Of a stretch of 64,000 nucleotides of DNA, positions 1-6,912 are shown piece after piece. The stretch covers positions 62,001-126,000 of IMG/VR virus record IMGVR_UViG_3300009104_001210. One strand, given 5' to 3'. The notes below the pieces were generated by a model. That model searched no databases. It was not told the origin of the DNA and saw nothing but the letters and a program-made list of their open reading frames with translations. The position numbers and the translations under genes were made by a program. How positions within the stretch are numbered: the first letter of the stretch is position 1; every line of letters starts with the position of its first letter.

Positions 1-84
1 TATTGGAAACGAACTCATTCTGCTATGAAAAAAATTAGTGAAAGGTTAGTAAAATTAGCTAATAAAGTCGGCCAATTACACTAA
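1..84 (+). CDS. 3' end of a hypothetical protein (partial, runs off the left edge)
   Basis: Open frame from base 1 (YWKRTHSAMKKISERLVKLANKVGQLH) to TAA at 82-84; not in the ORF track. Confidence 0.6.
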   Translation, partial: YWKRTHSAMKKISERLVKLANKVGQLH

Positions 85-90
85 CTTTTT

Positions 91-306
91 ATGAAGTTGA
101 AAGAAAAGCCAAAATGGGAACATTTTAGGTTTCAACTTATTTACAAACTTTTGGATATTATAACTATAACAAAAAAGTTTTGTGAAGAATCGCTGAAACA
201 GGGAAAACGAAATAGTTTTAGTAAGGTGGAAGCGTTAGAAAAAGTTGACAAGCTAATAGAAGAGCTTGAAGAGGTTAGAACTGAAATTATTAAAGTTAAA
301 AGCTAA
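91..306 (+). CDS. Hypothetical protein, head module
   Basis: 71 aa ORF packed between neighbours on the same strand; helical, charged. Confidence 0.65.
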   Translation: MKLKEKPKWEHFRFQLIYKLLDIITITKKFCEESLKQGKRNSFSKVEALEKVDKLIEELEEVRTEIIKVKS

Positions 307-321
307 TAAGGTGAGATAAAT

Positions 322-975
322 ATGAGACAACTTATAGTAGACTACTTACCATTTGAAGTAAGGCCAGAGACAATAACTGAATCCATGAAATCCAATAATG
401 GGAAATTAATGGTTAAGGGTGTATTGCAGAGAGCAAATGCTGAAAATCAAAATGGTAGAATCTACCCTAAAGAAATTCTAGTAAGGGAAGCAAAAAAATA
501 TGGTCAATCATTTATAAAAGAACGTAGAGCAATGGGTGAATTAGACCATCCCGAAAGCTCGGTAGTCAACTTATCAAATGTTTCTCATAATATAAGAGAA
601 ATGTGGTGGGAAAATGATGATTTAGTAGGAAAGGTAGAAGTTCTACCTACGCCCGCAGGAAACATTTTAAAAGAATTATTCAGATCAGGTATTAAATTAG
701 GTATCTCTTCAAGAGGTATGGGTTCAGTAGAAACTATAGATGAAAAAGATGATGAAGACCCAAGTAAACAAACTGTAGCAGTACAACCTGATTTTGAACT
801 TATAGCATTTGATTTTGTATCTAATCCATCTACACAAGGCGCTTTCTTACACCCAACAAACGAGGGTAGACTTAATGAAAGTGTAGATTATAGAGTAGAT
901 GAAAGAAATCCGAATGAATGTGGACAATGGTGTAAAGTAGAAACTATTGCTAACGATATTATTAGAGAGATGTAA
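322..975 (+). CDS. gp21: Prohead core protease (T4 gp21-like)
   Basis: Motifs NQNGRIYP, AMGELDHP, VSHNI, GISSRGMGS, FDFVSNPS typical of T4-type prohead proteases; SD AAGGTGAG upstream. Confidence 0.93.
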   Translation: MRQLIVDYLPFEVRPETITESMKSNNGKLMVKGVLQRANAENQNGRIYPKEILVREAKKYGQSFIKERRAMGELDHPESSVVNLSNVSHNIREMWWENDDLVGKVEVLPTPAGNILKELFRSGIKLGISSRGMGSVETIDEKDDEDPSKQTVAVQPDFELIAFDFVSNPSTQGAFLHPTNEGRLNESVDYRVDERNPNECGQWCKVETIANDIIREM

Positions 976-977
976 TT

Positions 978-1220
978 ATGCCGAAAACAAAAATAGATAA
1001 AATGTGGGAAACGTGGAAAGATTTTAGATTAGATGATATACCACCTATGTATGAAGGAGCAAAATCTTCAGCTTTAAAAGATGTATCAAGTCTTGAGAAA
1101 AACTTGAAAATGATGATTAAAGATATACATGAAAGTGGTGATAAGAAAAAAGCTGTACGTTTAATGGGGTTATATAAGGAATATGTTCTTGAATTGAAAC
1201 TTGCTTTATCGGAAATGTAA
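978..1220 (+). CDS. Hypothetical protein, head module
   Basis: 80 aa ORF; its stop overlaps the next start (TAATG). Confidence 0.65.
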   Translation: MPKTKIDKMWETWKDFRLDDIPPMYEGAKSSALKDVSSLEKNLKMMIKDIHESGDKKKAVRLMGLYKEYVLELKLALSEM

Positions 1221-1597
1221 TGTCTGTATTACACCGAATAGTCAAGGAATCTATAGCAAATGGCTGGTTTGATGAAGTAACTGAAGATATTCTTAATGAC
1301 GAACAAGAATTCAACACAATGGTTGATGTTTTTGTTAGTGAAATAATGAATAACTTACAAGAATTCAGAAAAAAGAGAGTTATTCGTAATAAAAAACTCA
1401 AACTCAGAGTTATTTGTCCAAAAAATAAAAGATATGTCGCATCAAAAAAGCAATGCGTAAGAGTTTCGGGTGCACAAAGAGTTAAAAAAAGAAGGGCTAT
1501 GAAAAGAGCAGCTATTAAGAAAAGAGGAAAGTCTGCTATGATTAGAAGAAAGAGAATGAAGTCTATGAGAAAAAGACGGGCTATGGGATTACGATAA
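1220..1597 (+). CDS. Prohead core protein (T4 gp68-like)
   Basis: Acidic N-half and very basic C-half ending RKRMKSMRKRRAMGLR, like the T4 gp68 C-terminus (RKRKKALKRRKALGLS, from memory); next to the gp21-like gene. Confidence 0.6.
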   Translation: MSVLHRIVKESIANGWFDEVTEDILNDEQEFNTMVDVFVSEIMNNLQEFRKKRVIRNKKLKLRVICPKNKRYVASKKQCVRVSGAQRVKKRRAMKRAAIKKRGKSAMIRRKRMKSMRKRRAMGLR

Positions 1598-3624
1598 TGA
1601 GTGAACGTAACTATAAAGCAGAATACAAGAAATTTCAATCATCTACTAAAGCAAAGAAATATAGAGCTGAGTTAAATCAGTATAATAGAAAAAAAGGTAC
1701 TTATGGTAATGGTGATGGTAAAGATGCTTCACATAAAGGTGGTAGAATAGCAGGATTTGAAGCAGAATCTAAAAATCGTGGTAGAGCAGAAAAAAGTAGA
1801 TTAAAAAAAGAAGCTATAACTATGTTAGAAGCTAAGTTTACTGATGATACTTTAGTTAGTAGAATTAAACATTGGAGTAAACAACATAAAGGTACAGGAA
1901 TCGGATATGGTCATGTACTTGGTCAATTAGCAGTTCATATGAAAGAAATGGGTTGGAATAAAAGTTATAAAGAGGTTGCAAGAATTGCAGTGGAATTAGG
2001 TAAAAAGAAAAAGGTTGAATCCGTAAAAGAAGGTGGACCAGGTAGTGGACCAAAACCAGAAAATGGGTCTTCAAAAGATAAATCAAAAAAAGATGCAGCT
2101 AAAAGTAAAGCAAAAGAAAAAGATTTAGAAGATGATGCCATGAAACAGGCATTTAAAGATATGGAAGATGAATTTGGTGATTTAGAAGAAGGTACAAAAG
2201 CATTTCTTGCTTATCGTGAAATGAAGGAAGCATTAAACGTTGCTATTTATGGAATTAAAAAAATAAGAAAATTTATTGATGACGCTCCATATAATCCAAA
2301 ATTTAATATGATTACAAAAGAATTATATAAGTGGGAAATAGAGTTAGAGAAAAAATGGCGTAGAGTTGTTCCACAAATATCAAAAATTTCTAAAGATAAA
2401 ATGTTAGAATCCGTAAATGAACGTTGGAATCCAAACAAAATAAAAAGTCATAGTGCTAAAGCTATTAATTTTCTAAAACAAGCTCAACAATTTGCTAAAC
2501 AAGGTCAAAAAGGAGCAGTTTGGAATAGACTTAAAGATGCTGGATGGGAATTAAAACAAGTAATGGCTTTTACAGAATCCGTAAATGAAGGAAAGAAAAG
2601 ATACTACCAACAAGATAGAGTTGGTTCAGCAAAATATACAATCTCTTATCATGATGGAAAAAAGAAACACAAAGATGGTAGTGATTTCTTTGATATCAAA
2701 ACTTTTAGAAACAAAAAAGATTTAGCAAAGTTCGTAAACACTTTAAGTAAGAGTGGATATGTTTATGGGTTTAATGAATCCGTAAATGAAGCTGAAAGAA
2801 AAATGAGTTCATTGGAAATGCAACAGATTATATTGTTAGCAAAAGCTATGAAACAATTACCTGGTAGTCCAGCACAGAAAAAAATTAAAAAACAAATTAA
2901 TGTTATCAGAAAAAAATTAGGACAAGCACCAGTAAAAGAATCCGTAAATGAAGCAAAAGCAAATATTTATGGTATAGAGTTTCGTAAATCACCTAAAGAT
3001 AGAAAATTTAAAAAAGCATCTCTTACAATATCGTCAACTCAAGGATTAAGAGCTCATAGAAATATGACTATGGCAATATTAAAGAAAGCAGAAAAACTCA
3101 AGAAACAGTCTAAGTGGGCAGAGTATAGAATTACAGTTAATGGACAACCTTATATGATGGGGCTTGGTGCTAAAAGAATTACAAGGTTTCCAAGACCAAA
3201 AATTAATGATAATATTGATATTGATGAGGGATTTTACGACGGCACTAAAAAATTTGAAAAGAACAGAAAGAAAAATGCAGAACAATTAGGTTATAAAGTA
3301 ACAGGTATTTCAGACATTAAAACAGATTTACAGAGTACTATAAATGAAGATGATGTAGTGGAAGAAGAATGTTGTGATAATTGTCATGAAGGTAAAGAAT
3401 GTTGTTCAGTACATGAAGCAAAAGAAACAGGTATTGATGTAGCAAAACGAGTTCTTAAAAATAAACAATATGAAAAGGGTCCAGGTTGGGCATTAGATTT
3501 AACTACAGCAGGATTTATTATGAAAATATATAATGCATATAAATCTCATCCAAATTTACAAAGACAGATGAAAAATTTACCTGTAAAGAAAATGGTTAAT
3601 TTAGCATATAAGGTAATGAAATGA
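1597..3624 (+). CDS. Modular putative internal head polyprotein with repeated ESVNE linkers
   Basis: 675 aa basic protein; ESVKE once and ESVNE four times separate unrelated modules; lies in the head operon. Confidence 0.7.
   Translation: MSERNYKAEYKKFQSSTKAKKYRAELNQYNRKKGTYGNGDGKDASHKGGRIAGFEAESKNRGRAEKSRLKKEAITMLEAKFTDDTLVSRIKHWSKQHKGTGIGYGHVLGQLAVHMKEMGWNKSYKEVARIAVELGKKKKVESVKEGGPGSGPKPENGSSKDKSKKDAAKSKAKEKDLEDDAMKQAFKDMEDEFGDLEEGTKAFLAYREMKEALNVAIYGIKKIRKFIDDAPYNPKFNMITKELYKWEIELEKKWRRVVPQISKISKDKMLESVNERWNPNKIKSHSAKAINFLKQAQQFAKQGQKGAVWNRLKDAGWELKQVMAFTESVNEGKKRYYQQDRVGSAKYTISYHDGKKKHKDGSDFFDIKTFRNKKDLAKFVNTLSKSGYVYGFNESVNEAERKMSSLEMQQIILLAKAMKQLPGSPAQKKIKKQINVIRKKLGQAPVKESVNEAKANIYGIEFRKSPKDRKFKKASLTISSTQGLRAHRNMTMAILKKAEKLKKQSKWAEYRITVNGQPYMMGLGAKRITRFPRPKINDNIDIDEGFYDGTKKFEKNRKKNAEQLGYKVTGISDIKTDLQSTINEDDVVEEECCDNCHEGKECCSVHEAKETGIDVAKRVLKNKQYEKGPGWALDLTTAGFIMKIYNAYKSHPNLQRQMKNLPVKKMVNLAYKVMK
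2017..2952 (+). repeat. Dispersed in-frame direct repeat GAATCCGTAAATGAA (4 exact copies plus 1 variant)
   Basis: Exact copies at 2407-2421, 2575-2589, 2776-2790, 2938-2952; variant GAATCCGTAAAAGAA at 2017-2031; all in the ORF 1597 frame. Confidence 0.9.
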
Positions 3625-3992
3625 TTAAATTAAAAAAATTAATAAACGAAAGAAAATTTGGTGAACCTTTACCAAAATTAGAACGTAGTGATTGGCCAAA
3701 TATGAGTAAACAAACTCAAATTTCTGAGAAAAAAGAACTTGGTGGAGCTAAGATACATATGATTGATATGGCAACTGATAGAAATAATCATAATGAAGCT
3801 CGAAGACTATTAGCTGTATATATGGGGAATAAAAAGTTAGCAAAAGTTTATACAGCCATAGAGGATTTAAATATGGCACTTGGTCATTTACCACCAGAGT
3901 TAAGTAAACTTCGTATGAAAATGGATAAAGAATTATTTAAACAATCTTACAGCAAGTATTCAGATCATAATATTATAGTTGGAGTATTTTAG
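3621..3992 (+). CDS. Hypothetical protein, putative internal head protein
   Basis: N-terminus MIKLKKLINE resembles a cleavable capsid-targeting leader; overlaps the upstream stop. Confidence 0.6.
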   Translation: MIKLKKLINERKFGEPLPKLERSDWPNMSKQTQISEKKELGGAKIHMIDMATDRNNHNEARRLLAVYMGNKKLAKVYTAIEDLNMALGHLPPELSKLRMKMDKELFKQSYSKYSDHNIIVGVF

Positions 3993-4672
3993 TGCCTTTT
4001 AAATCTGAAAAACAGAGAAAATGGATGCACGCTAATAAACCTAAAATGGCTAAGAAGTGGGAAAAGAAAAAGAAATCTGAAATAAAAGAATTCGCAGTAA
4101 GTGCTAATTTAGATAAAATATTAAAAAATCCAAAAGTAAAACAACTTTTTTCACGATTAGGGTTAAAAAGAAATTCTAAAGAAGATGTTATAAAGGTTAT
4201 GAATTATTTTGCAAGAAATCCACAAGCACTTAATGCACTTAGAGTAGCATTAGTTGGTGAAGCATGGCCACCCCAGAAAAAAGATAAAGATAATGGGGAA
4301 GAGCCAGAAAAAGAAGAACCTAAAGATAAAAAATTGAGTAAAGGAATGGATGACGAAGAAGATTACGAAAGAGATCTTGATGAAGCACCAATAGGTACAC
4401 CACCACCTTTTAGTTCACCAGAAGCAAAAAATCATGTGGATAGAGATTTAACTGTAATGTCAAAACATTTAGGAAAAGCGTCATATGAAATTATTAAAAT
4501 GATGATGCAAGGTGTTAAAAGTGGTAAATATGATGCATTAGATTTAGCAAGGGGAATCAAAACTGGTTCAACTAAAAGAACACATTATGGCGAAGAAGAT
4601 TTTATACAACAATTATGGAGTAAAGTAAGAGATAAATTTAGAAGGTATTCAAAAAGAGGAAAACTTCGATAA
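3992..4672 (+). CDS. Hypothetical protein, putative internal head protein
   Basis: GTG start; MPFKSEKQRKWMHAN N-terminus; internal IKE/VGE/LDE Glu sites. Confidence 0.6.
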   Translation: MPFKSEKQRKWMHANKPKMAKKWEKKKKSEIKEFAVSANLDKILKNPKVKQLFSRLGLKRNSKEDVIKVMNYFARNPQALNALRVALVGEAWPPQKKDKDNGEEPEKEEPKDKKLSKGMDDEEDYERDLDEAPIGTPPPFSSPEAKNHVDRDLTVMSKHLGKASYEIIKMMMQGVKSGKYDALDLARGIKTGSTKRTHYGEEDFIQQLWSKVRDKFRRYSKRGKLR

Positions 4673-4675
4673 ACT

Positions 4676-4685
4676 TATATTTATA
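4676..4685 (+). promoter_or_regulatory. Candidate phage promoter, ATATTTAT motif
   Basis: TATATTTATA in the intergenic gap, followed by SD AGGAG and ATG 4703; the motif recurs in at least 11 intergenic gaps. Confidence 0.55.
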
Positions 4686-4702
4686 CTTATAGGAGTTAAA
4701 TT

Positions 4703-5368
4703 ATGGCTAAAAATATAAAATTAAAAGATTTAATAAACGAAAGTACTTCTTTCACAGGTATAGGGGGATTTGTACCTCTTGCACCAATTAATTCTACATC
4801 AATGACAAGAATATCAGATTTGGTAGAAGCTTCATGGGTAGAAGAAGATAAAAAGAAAGTAGATAGAGGTTCTTTTATTGATGAAGTAAAAGCTTTTGGT
4901 AATATAGGTGAAAAAGTTTATAGAAAAACTTCTTTACAAAAAGTAGCAAAATCTTTATCAGAATTAGCTGAAAAAGCTCGGGTTGCTACATTACAAGAAA
5001 CAGATGATTGGTTTGATAAAGTTACTATCAATAAAAATATGAAATCATTAGGTAATGCTTCAGGGGAATTTACAAAGATAGCAAAAGAAGCAAATTCTTT
5101 ACAACAAAGAATGGAATCACTATATGAAGATATGGGACACATTCTTGGTAGGTATTATGATTTAGATGAAGCTGAAATAGCAGTTAAAGAAGCAGGTGAG
5201 GATCCAGCTGGACCACAAAGTGGTGGTGGTGAAGAATATGAGAAATTCTTTAGAGCAGCTTTGAAGAAATTCGGAGTTTCAGAACCAGATAAACTTCCTG
5301 ATGAGAAAAAAGCAGAGTTTTATAACTATGTTGACGCCAATTGGAAGGGTGATAACGAATCTGATTAA
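4703..5368 (+). CDS. Hypothetical protein, putative internal head protein
   Basis: MAKNIKLKDLINE leader; coiled-coil core; SD AGGAG. Confidence 0.65.
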   Translation: MAKNIKLKDLINESTSFTGIGGFVPLAPINSTSMTRISDLVEASWVEEDKKKVDRGSFIDEVKAFGNIGEKVYRKTSLQKVAKSLSELAEKARVATLQETDDWFDKVTINKNMKSLGNASGEFTKIAKEANSLQQRMESLYEDMGHILGRYYDLDEAEIAVKEAGEDPAGPQSGGGEEYEKFFRAALKKFGVSEPDKLPDEKKAEFYNYVDANWKGDNESD

Positions 5369-5378
5369 GAGGTTTTGA

Positions 5379-5573
5379 TTGATATACGTAAAAGTCCGTA
5401 AAGGACAATCAATAGAAAGAGCACTTTCTATTTTCAAGAAAAAAGTAAAAGATAGTAAAATTCTCTATGAATTAAAAGAAAGAGAATATTATACTAAACC
5501 TTCTCAGCTTAGAAAAGAAAAAAAGGCTAGAGCAAGGGCAAGAATTAGAAAAATTCAGTCGCAAACTGACTGA
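5379..5573 (+). CDS. rpsU: 30S ribosomal protein bS21 (phage-encoded)
   Basis: VKVRKGQSIERALSIFKKK...LKEREYYTKPSQLRKEKK matches the bS21 pattern; TTG start with SD GAGGT. Confidence 0.9.
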   Translation: MIYVKVRKGQSIERALSIFKKKVKDSKILYELKEREYYTKPSQLRKEKKARARARIRKIQSQTD

Positions 5574-5587
5574 TTTTTTAGTTTTTA

Positions 5588-5597
5588 TATATTTATA
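5588..5597 (+). promoter_or_regulatory. Candidate promoter for the scaffold/capsid operon
   Basis: TATATTTATA motif followed by a structured leader and SD GGAG before ATG 5714. Confidence 0.55.
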
Positions 5598-5713
5598 TAA
5601 AACAAAATACACTATTGGCATTTCTGCTATCATATAGTGTACCAGAGAATAGGTCGAATTTTATTATATCTCTCAATAGATATACTGAATCCAATTGATT
5701 ATGGAGAAATAAA

Positions 5714-6889
5714 ATGGATGAACTTTTAAAAGACGCTATTGCCGATGCAAAAGCAGTTAGAGAAACTGCCCTTGCAAATGCGAAGTTGGCTCTTGAAGAA
5801 GCTTTCACACCTCGTTTAAAATCTATGCTTTCTAAGAAGATCCAGGCTGAGATGGAAGATGAAGTCGAAGAACAGGATGACGAAGAAATGGAAGATGACG
5901 AAGAAGCTCCTGAAGAAGCTCCCGAAGAAGGACATTATTCTGAAGATGAAGAAGAAGCTGAAGAAGCTCCTGCTGAAGATGAAGAAGAATGGTCTGATGA
6001 AGAAGCTCCTGAAGATGAAGCTGGCGAAGAAGAGATGGAAGATGAATCTTTTGACGAATCTGAAGTGATTGAAATAAATGGTGTAAAATATGCACCTATC
6101 GCTGAACAAGATGATGAAGAAGAGGAAGCTCCTGAAGAAGACGAGGAAGAAGACATGGAAGAGGAAGAACTTGATATAGAAGAAATTCTAAGAGAACTTG
6201 AAGCTGAAGTTGATGAAGCTGAAGATCATGATCTTGAAGAAGAAAAAGAAGTTGACGAATCGAAAGAGGAAGTTGACGAAGCTGATGAAACTAAAGAAGT
6301 TGATGAAGCCGATAAAGCTGAAGAAGTTGATGAAACTGAAAAAGTTGATGAAACTGATAAAGCTGAAGAAGTTGATGAAACTAAAGAAGTTGATGAAGCT
6401 GATGAATCTAAAGAAGTTGATGAATCTGACGAAACTGAAGTAGAAGAAGACATTGATCTTGAAGAAGTGCTTAAAGCACTTTCTGAAGATGAAGAAGTTG
6501 AAGAAGCTGCTGAAGAGTCTGATAAGCTTCGCTCTGAGTTAGCAGAGCATCGCAAAGTAGTAAAATACTTACGCGAAAAACTAAATGAAGTCAATCTACT
6601 TAATGCTAAACTCTTGTTTACCAATAAACTTTTTAAAGCTTTTGGTATGAACAATGAGCAGAAGATGAAAGTAGTTGAGACTTTTGATCGAGCAAAGACT
6701 TTGAGAGAGATTAAATTAGTGTATACTACTCTCGCAGAGTCATTTGATAGTAAACAAAGTAAACCGATTAAAGAATCTAAAGGCTCAGCATCTAAAGCTG
6801 TTGCATCTACGAAATCTGACAAGCAGGAGATAATTACTGAAGCAGATGAAATTAAGCAACGCTTCCAGAAGCTAGCAAATATTCTTTAA
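5714..6889 (+). CDS. Prohead scaffolding/core protein (T4 gp22-like)
   Basis: Extremely acidic; conserved-looking ends (LLKDAIADAKAVRETA...EVNLLNAKLLFTNKLF...RFQKLANI); directly upstream of the major capsid gene. Confidence 0.8.
   Translation: MDELLKDAIADAKAVRETALANAKLALEEAFTPRLKSMLSKKIQAEMEDEVEEQDDEEMEDDEEAPEEAPEEGHYSEDEEEAEEAPAEDEEEWSDEEAPEDEAGEEEMEDESFDESEVIEINGVKYAPIAEQDDEEEEAPEEDEEEDMEEEELDIEEILRELEAEVDEAEDHDLEEEKEVDESKEEVDEADETKEVDEADKAEEVDETEKVDETDKAEEVDETKEVDEADESKEVDESDETEVEEDIDLEEVLKALSEDEEVEEAAEESDKLRSELAEHRKVVKYLREKLNEVNLLNAKLLFTNKLFKAFGMNNEQKMKVVETFDRAKTLREIKLVYTTLAESFDSKQSKPIKESKGSASKAVASTKSDKQEIITEADEIKQRFQKLANIL
6248..6424 (+). repeat. Imperfect tandem repeat GAAGTTGAYGAA (xVDE x8) in the scaffold gene
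   Basis: Eight (E/K)VDE units spaced 6-9 aa apart. Confidence 0.85.
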
Positions 6890-6912
6890 TAACTCTTATT
6901 TGGAGAAATGCA

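Noticed and set aside
1117-1638. 173-aa hydrophobic minus-strand ORF as a membrane protein
   Set aside because: It is the antisense shadow of the Lys/Arg-rich gp68-like gene (AAA/AGA read as TTT/TCT).
2407-2952. GAATCCGTAAATGAA repeats as a CRISPR array
   Set aside because: The repeat is only 15 nt, the spacers are 147-186 nt, and everything is in frame inside a protein. There is no leader or cas operon.
5816-6822. Antisense and alternative-frame ORFs over the scaffold gene (5816-6109, 5832-6095, 5859-6068, 5935-6156, 6198-6443, 6226-6822)
   Set aside because: These are shadows of the GAA/GAT-rich low-complexity sequence (poly-Ser, Phe-rich or Lys/Met/Leu-rich translations) and lack RBS support.
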